Shown here: one piece after another, positions 18,796 to 26,880 of the stretch
How positions within the stretch are numbered: the stretch's first letter is position 1
Layout of the letters: each line of letters begins with the position of its first letter
Source of the DNA: Gemmatimonadales bacterium
Lineage (GTDB): Bacteria > Gemmatimonadota > Gemmatimonadetes > Gemmatimonadales > GWC2-71-9
NCBI GenBank assembly: GCA_965249575.1
Contig: OZ252244.1
Coordinates: 2,208,001 to 2,272,000, forward strand
Reading direction: 5' to 3'
DNA: 64,000 bases
Program-made: the position numbers and the translations under genes
The notes under the pieces: model-generated
Database searches by the model: none
What the model was told of the DNA's origin: nothing
Seen by the model: the letters and a program-made list of their open reading frames with translations, nothing else

Positions 18796-20064
18796 ATGTT
18801 CGAATCGTTCATGACCTTCGTGCCCGTGGAATGGCGCGGTGCTTTTGCGCTCCTCAGCGCGCCCATCGCCTGGGTACCGTCCTGGCACCTCGCTATCGTG
18901 GATTTTGCGTGGCACGGCGAAGGCGTCGCTGCGGTGTTGTCGAAGCGAGTCTTCTTGCTCCTGCCGGTCCTCTTGCTCGTAGTCGCCGTATGGTCGACCA
19001 TGGCCTCGCTGTACACGCTTCCGTTCCGGTCGCGCCGGGGGGGCTTCGTGACCGCGTTGCTGATGGCCTGGTGGGAGACGGGAAGAAGCATTTGGCTGTT
19101 CTGGGCGGGCTTCGGACGCTTGGGCGTGGTGTTGGTCGGTTGGCTGTGGGGGGCGCTCAGGCTCGGCTTGCGCATCGTCGGTGGTGCGGCGAAAGGGGTC
19201 GTGCAGTCGCCCCTTGTGCTGCTCGACTGGACCACCCGGAGCTATTTCAAGCCGGGCGTTCCGTGGATCGCGTTTCTCGCGCTGCTCGTCTGGTGTGCCG
19301 TGGAATCTACGATCTTCATGTACACCTTGAGCCCAACGCTGAACGAGGTGCTGGCGGGCATCACGGGGTTCGAACCGAACCCGTACGTCATGGCCCCGGT
19401 GCTCTGGGCGTTCCTGTTTTTCTTGGTTCTCGGGAGCTTCGCCTGCATTCAGGTGCTGGGCGAGGCCATTGAGCGCAGACGGGTGTCCGGAATCATCCAG
19501 ATGCTCTTCGTTGAGTTCTTCGTCATGTTCTTCGAGGTGATATTCCTGTACCGAGAGCTCGTCGACGCGGTAACGCCGTGGATCGCGCAGCAAACGAGCG
19601 AGGCAATTCAACTCGGCATCGGTTCGACGCTCGTCCTGGCATCATTCGGGTGGATTGGGGTCCGGGGGATGACTTGGTTCCTTTTCGGGCGGTTCGGTAC
19701 GCCAGCGGTGATCTCGGTACTGGCCCGCGAAACCATCACACGGGACCAGCCCGGGGTACCCGCACCGTTGCCCGCGCAGACGGACTTCCTGGGCGATGCC
19801 GTAGCCGCGCTCAAGGCCGAGAGCCGCTGGTTCGAAGCGGAGGCACTCCGCCTCTTTGAGCTCGTATCGCTACCAGTGCTGCAGCTACTGGCGCCGGCGG
19901 TGAATTTCGTCGTCGTTGTGGTCCTGTCGAGGCCGATTTTCAACCTACCGTTCAAGAACCTGAGCCAGGTCATGGCTGCGACGCCCAAATGGGCGCGTAT
20001 CGGCGACGCGGCCCCGGTGGTGTCTGGTGAGCCGGCGATGGCCGCAACGGGGGGTGGGGAGTGA
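18796..20064 (+). CDS. Uncharacterised multi-pass membrane protein
   Basis: 422-aa ORF, AAGGAG RBS, many hydrophobic helices, GTGA overlap with the next gene. Confidence 0.75.
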   Translation: MFESFMTFVPVEWRGAFALLSAPIAWVPSWHLAIVDFAWHGEGVAAVLSKRVFLLLPVLLLVVAVWSTMASLYTLPFRSRRGGFVTALLMAWWETGRSIWLFWAGFGRLGVVLVGWLWGALRLGLRIVGGAAKGVVQSPLVLLDWTTRSYFKPGVPWIAFLALLVWCAVESTIFMYTLSPTLNEVLAGITGFEPNPYVMAPVLWAFLFFLVLGSFACIQVLGEAIERRRVSGIIQMLFVEFFVMFFEVIFLYRELVDAVTPWIAQQTSEAIQLGIGSTLVLASFGWIGVRGMTWFLFGRFGTPAVISVLARETITRDQPGVPAPLPAQTDFLGDAVAALKAESRWFEAEALRLFELVSLPVLQLLAPAVNFVVVVVLSRPIFNLPFKNLSQVMAATPKWARIGDAAPVVSGEPAMAATGGGE

Positions 20065-20822
20065 GGCCCCGAACGATGACTCGGGCTGTTCTCGCGACCG
20101 CTGGGATGCTCGGAACTCTTGGTTGCGCGATGCCGGCCGGGTCCGATAGAGTGCCCAAGTCGACCCTGGTGATTGGGATGGATGTGAGTGGCTCGTTCCG
20201 GCGGCATCATGCGGACGCCATCGAGTTCACCGCTCACTATCTCTATGGTCACCTGAACGGGCTGGGTGAGTTGCGAAAGCCTTCAGCCATCTTCGTGGGT
20301 TCCGTCGGCGGCGGGAGCCCGGGTGAAGCAAAGTCGTTTCAGCCGATTCACGCGTTCCACAACAAGAACGTGGACGAGATCGCCGACTTGCTGCGCCAGC
20401 TGTATCCCACGGAAGACTCGTACACTGACTTCAACGCCTTCTTCGATCGAATCGCCACGCTGGTCAAGCGTCAGGGATTGGTTCTCGCGCCGCTCAATAT
20501 CGTGATTCTGAGCGATGGGCTCCCTGATGTGACCGGTCGGCATGGAGCCGGCGGTGATCCCTACGCGGCGATCGACCTGGCCCCGCTTGAGTACCTGTCG
20601 CGCAGCGTGAGTGTGCGTCTACTGTATGCTTCACCGACTGTCGCCGTGGATTGGGAGCGGCGCATTCCCCGCCGACGTGTGCGAATGTGGACGGTCGACG
20701 GGCCCGTGATGGTTGGTTGGCGAGAGCAGCTTCAGAGCGTCGGAGGCCTGGAGCAACAGGACGCACTCTGGAAATGGGTCAATGATAACGTCGACTTCCG
20801 GGTGCGGAGTCGGAGGCTGTAA
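20061..20822 (+). CDS. von Willebrand factor A (VWA) domain lipoprotein
   Basis: Lipobox-like TLGC; MIDAS DVSGS...T...LSDG. Confidence 0.75.
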   Translation: MRPRTMTRAVLATAGMLGTLGCAMPAGSDRVPKSTLVIGMDVSGSFRRHHADAIEFTAHYLYGHLNGLGELRKPSAIFVGSVGGGSPGEAKSFQPIHAFHNKNVDEIADLLRQLYPTEDSYTDFNAFFDRIATLVKRQGLVLAPLNIVILSDGLPDVTGRHGAGGDPYAAIDLAPLEYLSRSVSVRLLYASPTVAVDWERRIPRRRVRMWTVDGPVMVGWREQLQSVGGLEQQDALWKWVNDNVDFRVRSRRL

Positions 20823-21387
20823 GCGATTGGATGTCCCGGTGGCGGAAACACGTGACCAAGTGGTCGTTTACCAGGCCCGCGGCCTGCATGAATGCATAGC
20901 AGATAACGGAGCCCACGAACTTGAAGCCGCGCTCTCTGAGCGCGGCGCTCACTGCATCTGACTTATCGGTTTGGGCAGGCACCTCCGCCATCGAGCGCCA
21001 GCGGTTCTGGATGGGCGCGCCGCCGACGAAGTCCCAGATGAAACGATCAAAGGAACCCTGCTCGTCCCGTACCGCCAGGAACGCGCGTGCGTTTCCTAGG
21101 GTTGCTTCGATCTTCTGGCGGTTCCGGACGATGTCTGAGTTCTTGAGCAGTTGCTTCACCGTACGTGAGGTGTAACGGGCGATTCTCTCGGGATCGAACC
21201 CATCGAACGCGTCGCGAAACCCCTCTCGTTTGTTCAAGATGATTGCCCAGCTGAGGCCTGCCTGAAAAGCGTCGAGCACCATGAACTCGAAGAGCTTCTG
21301 ATCCGAGTGTACGGGGACGCCCCACTCGGTATCGTGATAGGCGATCATCAAATCGCTGCCCGCAGCCCACCCACAACGTTGGGTCAC
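20779..21387 (-). CDS. tag: DNA-3-methyladenine glycosylase I
   Basis: RCGWA...YHDTEWG, QAGLSW, IVRNRQKI, GFKFVG, GLVNDHLVTCF. Confidence 0.93.
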   Translation of the reverse strand: MTQRCGWAAGSDLMIAYHDTEWGVPVHSDQKLFEFMVLDAFQAGLSWAIILNKREGFRDAFDGFDPERIARYTSRTVKQLLKNSDIVRNRQKIEATLGNARAFLAVRDEQGSFDRFIWDFVGGAPIQNRWRSMAEVPAQTDKSDAVSAALRERGFKFVGSVICYAFMQAAGLVNDHLVTCFRHRDIQSLTASDSAPGSRRYH

Positions 21388-21498
21388 GCGGCCTCTATCA
21401 AGGTGGCTTGACCCTGGGGTCCGCTCGATGGTCCGCGAACCTGGGTGAAACGAACGCGCGAAACCGGCGTACGGAGGTGCAGGAAGGCGGACCGCCGC

Positions 21499-22284
21499 AT
21501 GACCGCTGATTCGGCTGACCACATCCGCGAGCGACTCTCTCGCTTGCGTGCCGAGGCCTTCGAGGAATGGGAGCGGCGCAGCGTGCCTGCGCTACCCAGA
21601 GAGCGTCGCACCTCGCGGAGTGGCGGCCGGCTAGGGATCACGGGTGTCGTTCTAGTCATTCCGGCGGCCCTCGCGCTCCCGTTTTTCGTGCTCGTGCGCG
21701 GATCGGTGTTCTTCTACCAACACCATGGCCTGCCCGATTGGCTGGCGCTGAGCACGGCCGCATCACTCAGTTTCATCTTGGCAACAGCCTATGCATCCTG
21801 GATCTCGCGAAAACTTACGGGCAAACCGCGAATCGCTACGGTCGGCAAGCGAGTAGCGGCTCCGCTGGTAGCATGCTACTGCTGCGCACTGTTGTACCTA
21901 GCGGGAGTCAATGCGAAATCGCCATCCGTGCGTGAGCAATTCACGGCGCTCCACCTGGTGCTGAGAGTGGCTCTCTCGACGATCATACTCGTGGACTCGG
22001 ATCTCGTGGTAACGAGCACGCGGCGGGCCCTGGGGGACTACCGGGGGATGGGACTGCCCGAGTACGCGGCGAGCCTGCACTTGCCGCAGTGGGACGGATG
22101 GGTTCATGCGGTCGATCTCCGCACTCGCGGCCGTAGCGCAACGCAGAACTCTCTGATGGCGTTCTATTTTCGCGCTATGGGCTTTCGGACACTGCGCCAC
22201 CGCGGCACGGCCGACCATCTGCACGTTTCCCTGGGGATGCAGCAGGATTCCTTGGCCCCCTACGCCCCACGAACTGGAACCTGA
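21499..22284 (+). CDS. Membrane protein with C-terminal Zn peptidase M15/Hedgehog-DD-peptidase-like motifs
   Basis: About three TM helices, then TSxxR, SLH...AVDLRT and DHLHVS. Confidence 0.6.
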   Translation: MTADSADHIRERLSRLRAEAFEEWERRSVPALPRERRTSRSGGRLGITGVVLVIPAALALPFFVLVRGSVFFYQHHGLPDWLALSTAASLSFILATAYASWISRKLTGKPRIATVGKRVAAPLVACYCCALLYLAGVNAKSPSVREQFTALHLVLRVALSTIILVDSDLVVTSTRRALGDYRGMGLPEYAASLHLPQWDGWVHAVDLRTRGRSATQNSLMAFYFRAMGFRTLRHRGTADHLHVSLGMQQDSLAPYAPRTGT

Positions 22285-22321
22285 CGTCGCGACAACTGCG
22301 CCGGACGATGGTCGCGAAAGC

Positions 22322-22798
22322 CTAAACGTGTGCTACCTCGGTCGTGATCGCCACGCACCCCTCGATCGAACGGGCGACGGGGCAGGAGTGAGCGTGTGAC
22401 TGCCGCACCCGCTCGACAAGTTCTTCCCTGTCCGCTTTCCCCTTCAATCGGTAGGTGACGTGGATGCGCTTGATGACGAGTACTTTCCCATCCTTCGCGA
22501 CGTCGCCGCGCACCTCCCCAACGAGATCGTCTCGGTCCAGCTCAACTCCGCGCGCTGCCAGCGCGCCGGCAAAGGTGCCGGTCAGTCAGCCACCGGCCGC
22601 GGCAATGACGTAATCGATCGTCGTGGCGTGTGACTCCGTTTGGGATACGTCGACTCCATAATGCTCGGCGATTGCGCCATGGACGCCGAAGAAAACGGGA
22701 TCCTCCTCGGCGGGGATGGTGGCACTGCGGAGCGGCCCGCCGAGCCTCCGGATAGTGACGTGCGATGTGTACACGGACTGGTCCAATTCTCCTCCCAT
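22322..22798 (-). CDS. OsmC/Ohr-like peroxiredoxin with in-frame TGA (candidate selenoprotein)
   Basis: ORFs 22586..22843 and 22322..22513 share one frame, broken only by TGA at 22586-22588 in DYVIAAAGG*LTGTF; second Cys in CPVARSI. Confidence 0.8.
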
Positions 22799-22882
22799 AG
22801 CGAACGAGGGCGAGCCGGCGGGACGGCGCTGCGGCCTCACCAAAGACAGACCACAAACGGTGGTCGTCTCTTGAGGGTGCGG

Positions 22883-23164
22883 TTACCCCTCGAGGCCGAG
22901 AGAGAAGGCAGCTTCCAGATCGTGGCGGGAATACGTACGAAACGCGATCAGCGTTTCGGTGTGTTGTATGCTCTCCACCTTGAGCAGCTGTTTCGTCACC
23001 ACGTCGGCAACCTCGTCGTTCGATCGCACGCGGAGGATGGCCACGAGGTCATAGCGCCCGCTGATGGAGTAGACCTCCGAGATCCCGGGGGTCTCCGCCA
23101 GTCCCTCGGCCACCTCGTTGATCTTGTCACGTTGGACGTTCAGCAGAACGATTGCCGTCACCAT
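22883..23164 (-). CDS. Lrp/AsnC ligand-binding (RAM) domain-only protein
   Basis: MVTAIVLL...EVYSISGRYDLVAIL...TETLIAF; no HTH domain. Confidence 0.85.
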   Translation of the reverse strand: MVTAIVLLNVQRDKINEVAEGLAETPGISEVYSISGRYDLVAILRVRSNDEVADVVTKQLLKVESIQHTETLIAFRTYSRHDLEAAFSLGLEG

Positions 23165-23353
23165 TGGCACGCCCACCTTTCCGATCACGAGGCGGTTCGG
23201 GAGGCTGGCTCCGGACCTCCGTCCCGCCCGCCCGTTGGCGTCAAGATACGGAGTTGAAGCCTCACCGGCCAACCAGCCCACTCGCTCGGCACGGGGGGCG
23301 CCGTATGGTGGCTGCGCGACCCGCGACGGGAGCCGCGTATCTATATATACGGA

Positions 23354-23917
23354 ATGTCAGCGCTGACGGGGGCCGTGAACGGAGTTCGAGCGACTCTTGA
23401 CGAAATCGCGATCCGGCGGGCCAGGTCTGGCGATCTCCAGGCGCTGGAGCACGTGTATCGCGCCTTCGAGGGGCTGGTCTATAGCATCGCCCGCAGGATG
23501 TGTGCGACCTCCGAGGATGCGGAGGACGTGCTCCAGGAAACGTTTCTCGAGGTCTGCCGGAGCATCGGTCGGTTTCGGGGAACCGGCGCCGGCAGCCTGA
23601 CGGCATGGATCAAGCGGATTGCCGCGAGCAAGGCGCTCCTGCGGATCCGCTACGAGAAATATCGGGAGTCTGACGAGCTCGACGAGGATGGAATGCACGA
23701 CGCACGGCGCGGGTCAGACGTCCCGCTGCAGCTGGATCTGGAGGCTGCGCTGGCGGAGCTGTCCGATACCTCCCGCGCCGTCGTGTGGCTGCACGATGTC
23801 GAGGGGTACACACACGAGGAGATTGCGGAGCTGATGGGCAAGACAGTGAGCTTCTCGAAGTCCCAGCTTGCCCGGGCGCACAAGCGGCTCCGAGTTACGC
23901 TTGGTGGAGTGTTGTAA
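23354..23917 (+). CDS. ECF RNA polymerase sigma factor
   Basis: DAEDVLQETF, AWIKRIA, region 4 HDVEGYTHEEIAELMG..SKSQLARA. Confidence 0.92.
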   Translation: MSALTGAVNGVRATLDEIAIRRARSGDLQALEHVYRAFEGLVYSIARRMCATSEDAEDVLQETFLEVCRSIGRFRGTGAGSLTAWIKRIAASKALLRIRYEKYRESDELDEDGMHDARRGSDVPLQLDLEAALAELSDTSRAVVWLHDVEGYTHEEIAELMGKTVSFSKSQLARAHKRLRVTLGGVL

Positions 23918-23919
23918 CG

Positions 23920-24510
23920 ATGAACCACTGCACGATGGAGCAGTTATTGGCCGTGCGAAACGGTGAGGAGACGGCGTCGTGCCGCGCTCACATCGATGCC
24001 TGCGAAGTGTGTCGGCGAGAGCTGGACCTGGTGTACCAGCGGGCGGCCGGACTCCGGGCACTGCCTGCCCTGAGAGCCCCGCGCGACCGCTGGGGCATCG
24101 TGCGGGCCCAAATGCAGCTGGAGCGCCGCCGCCGGCTGTGGCGGTGGACGCGCCGCGGCGCGGTCGCCGTAGCGGCGTCGCTCGCCCTCGTATTCGGTGG
24201 GCGTTCACTGCTCGAGCAACAACAGGAGGTCGCGCGGGCCGATGACCTCTCGGCTCTGCTGGATGCGTCGGGGCGATTGGAGGATGCCCTTCGCCGGTTC
24301 GATCCGACGAGCCGGGTGCTGAGCAGCACCTCGGCCGCGGCTGTGGCGGACATCGAAGATCGGATCGCCGTGATCGATGCCCAGCTGGCGGAGCTGAATA
24401 CCGGCAACGCGGGACAACAAGAACTGGTTGAACTGTGGCGCGAGCGGGTCGGGCTCATGGATGCGCTGGTCGGCGTCCACCTCTCCCGTGCCGCGTACGT
24501 CGGGCTGTAG
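23920..24510 (+). CDS. Zinc-finger (HxxxCxxC) anti-sigma factor
   Basis: AHIDACEVC followed by one TM helix; directly after the ECF gene. Confidence 0.8.
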   Translation: MNHCTMEQLLAVRNGEETASCRAHIDACEVCRRELDLVYQRAAGLRALPALRAPRDRWGIVRAQMQLERRRRLWRWTRRGAVAVAASLALVFGGRSLLEQQQEVARADDLSALLDASGRLEDALRRFDPTSRVLSSTSAAAVADIEDRIAVIDAQLAELNTGNAGQQELVELWRERVGLMDALVGVHLSRAAYVGL

Positions 24511-24528
24511 CCCGGGGAAGGATGCTGT

Positions 24529-25446
24529 ATGCGTGAGAAGTCTCTCAGGGCGGTGCTAGCCGTGATGTTGGCGCTCGTCGCCGCGCCTCCGGTGGCGAGC
24601 CAGGAACCAGATCGCCGAGGAATCGAGCGCGAACTCGAGGAAGCCGAACGGGAGGTGCGGGAGCTCCGCAAGAAGCTCCGCCAGACGTCGCGAGACGAAG
24701 AGCGGTACTTGGTTCGCCCGAGCCGCTTTATCTCGAATCGTGCGCGGCTGGGGCTCGTTGTGCAGGGGGCGCCTCGCCCGGCCACCGACTCCACCGGGGC
24801 CTGGGTTCAGGCCGTTTCCCCCGGCGGCCCCGCGGATGGAGCGGGCCTGCGCGCCGGCGATATCGTGGTCGCGGTGAATGGTGAGCCGCTGGGCGGGAGG
24901 GCGCCTGGGCAGAGGCTGGTGGAACTGGTCGGCGAGCTGGAAACGGGAGATACCGCGAGCGTTGACTACTCGCGCGATGGGGCGCGAAGCACTGCCCGGA
25001 TCGTCGCACGAATCCTCGGCGCCCGGGATTTCGCCTTCGCCTTTTCCGATTCGCTGGAATTCGAGGTCCGTGGAATGCGGGAACCGCTCGAGAATGCGCT
25101 CGAGAGCATCCGCGAGCTCGACGTCAGGATCTCCATGCCACGCGGATGGATGGACATGGAACTCGTGTCGATGAACGATCAGCTTGGCGAGTATTTCGGC
25201 ACGACGGACGGATTGCTCGTCATCCGTGCTCCGAGAGACGGTGCGCTCAACCTGCGGAGTGGAGACGTCATCTTGAGCATCGACGGACGTGCGCCGTACA
25301 GCCCTTCGCAGGCCGTGAGAATCCTCAGGTCGTACGAACCCGGAGAATCGGTCGAGCTCCACATCCTTCGACACAAGAAGAAGACGACGGTGACGGGCTC
25401 CGTGCCCGAGCGGGATCGAGGTCTCTGGACCGAAAAGCGTTACTAG
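24529..25446 (+). CDS. Exported tandem-PDZ-domain protein
   Basis: Signal peptide, coiled coil, two PDZ motifs (GGPADGAGLRAGDIVVAVNG; LRSGDVILSIDG). Confidence 0.85.
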   Translation: MREKSLRAVLAVMLALVAAPPVASQEPDRRGIERELEEAEREVRELRKKLRQTSRDEERYLVRPSRFISNRARLGLVVQGAPRPATDSTGAWVQAVSPGGPADGAGLRAGDIVVAVNGEPLGGRAPGQRLVELVGELETGDTASVDYSRDGARSTARIVARILGARDFAFAFSDSLEFEVRGMREPLENALESIRELDVRISMPRGWMDMELVSMNDQLGEYFGTTDGLLVIRAPRDGALNLRSGDVILSIDGRAPYSPSQAVRILRSYEPGESVELHILRHKKKTTVTGSVPERDRGLWTEKRY

Positions 25447-25742
25447 AGCCGTCCCGATAACAGCAGCAGGGCGCCCACCCCGGGGCGCCACCTCGTCGAG
25501 GTCGCTGGCTAATGCATGCGCCAGCGTTCAGGACCTACCTGGCCCAGCCGGAAGCAGCTGCGCGGCGGCTCCCTCCCTGTCCTACAGCCTTCCTCCGCCT
25601 CCGCCCGGGCGGCCGCAACCGTCGGTCAGCTACACGCCCCCCTGGGGGCGTGCCGGCGACGGTGAGTTGCGGGCTCGGCGCGCGAGCGACATCGTAGAGG
25701 CTTCGATGGGCAGCTCCGCAACCCGAGCCAGGAGACAGACCA

Positions 25743-26162
25743 ATGGCCGACCAGTTCTGGATCGCAGCCTATCCCTGGATTCACTTGGTGGGTCGGATTC
25801 TCTTTTCGGCACTCTTCATCATGCTCGGAATGGGACACTTCGCCAAATCGAAGGACATGACCGCGTACGCCGCGGCAAAAGGCGTTCCGGCGCCAAAGGC
25901 CGCCGTTTCGATCACCGGTGCGATGATCCTCGTAGGCGGGGTCTTAGTACTTCTTGGGTGGCATCGGTTCATTGGGGCGGGGCTCATCGTCCTCTTCACG
26001 GTTTCTTCGGCTTTCACGATGCACGCCTTTTGGAAGGAAACCGACCCTGCGACGATGCAAAACGAGATGGCACATTTCCTCAAGGACCTCGCTCTGGCGG
26101 GCGGTGCCCTCTTCATTGCCTACCACAGCGGCATGACGTGGCCAATGAGCTTGGGCGGGTGA
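25743..26162 (+). CDS. DoxX family membrane protein
   Basis: GRILFSALFI..G..HF, MHAFW, HFLKDLALAGGAL; AGGAG RBS. Confidence 0.9.
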   Translation: MADQFWIAAYPWIHLVGRILFSALFIMLGMGHFAKSKDMTAYAAAKGVPAPKAAVSITGAMILVGGVLVLLGWHRFIGAGLIVLFTVSSAFTMHAFWKETDPATMQNEMAHFLKDLALAGGALFIAYHSGMTWPMSLGG

Positions 26163-26245
26163 CAGACTACCTACCAGCCGTTCCCGTGACGGTCGCCTCG
26201 CTGGAGGATTCCCTGATCGAGTAGTCCCGCAATCTCCCAGAGGGG

Positions 26246-26285
26246 TTGACAGGCGCTGTTGTAAGATATATCGTATCGATATATC
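26246..26285 (+). promoter_or_regulatory. Sigma70-type promoter with overlapping palindromic operator
   Basis: TTGACA (26246-26251), 17 nt spacer, TATCGT (26269-26274); perfect inverted repeat GATATATCG-TAT-CGATATATC at 26265-26285. Confidence 0.7.
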
Positions 26286-26336
26286 AAATAGTTATGTCGT
26301 GTATTAGCGTGGCTAGGGTCGCGCGAGGAGGTCTCC

Positions 26337-26876
26337 ATGGTAGGTCAAGGCTGGGCGTTCCGTTTCGATCCCGGGCAATGGGGTTTCTGGAGCCAAAGCG
26401 GCCGGACACGCCGGGGACAGTGGTTCGAGTCCGGCGATATGAAGTACGTGATCCTCAAGCTGCTTCGAGACAAGCCGATGCACGGCTACGAGGTCATGAA
26501 AGCGCTGGAGGAGCAGACCCGCGGTTGCTACAAGCCCTCACCGGGCACCGTGTACCCCACGCTCACGTGGCTGGAAGACGAGGGGTTGGTAAAGTCCGAC
26601 GAAGTTGACGGGAAGAAGGTGTACTCCGTCACCGAGGCGGGCCGCTCGTTCCTCGAGGAGCACAAGTCAACCGTCGAGGGCATCTTCGAGCGTGTCGCCG
26701 ATACGATCGAGCGGTTGGTGAGCGAGCCAATGCCGGAGGTGAACCGAGGCATCGGCCGGGTTGTGAGTCAGGCATACCGTGCGGCGTGGAAGCTGAGCGG
26801 TGATCAGGCGCGGCGGGGGAAGATCTCCGAGATTCTCGAGCGCACGGCGAAGGATCTCGGAGAATTGGCCAGCTAG
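26337..26876 (+). CDS. PadR family transcriptional regulator (YqjI-like)
   Basis: GDMKYVILKLL..KPMHGYE...PSPGTVYPTL..LED.G; GGAGG RBS. Confidence 0.92.
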   Translation: MVGQGWAFRFDPGQWGFWSQSGRTRRGQWFESGDMKYVILKLLRDKPMHGYEVMKALEEQTRGCYKPSPGTVYPTLTWLEDEGLVKSDEVDGKKVYSVTEAGRSFLEEHKSTVEGIFERVADTIERLVSEPMPEVNRGIGRVVSQAYRAAWKLSGDQARRGKISEILERTAKDLGELAS

Positions 26877-26880
26877 CTGG

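Noticed and set aside
25470..25489. GGCGCCC/GGGCGCC hairpin after the PDZ gene as an intrinsic terminator
   Set aside because: No U-tract follows and the stem is short for this GC content, so it is not supportable.
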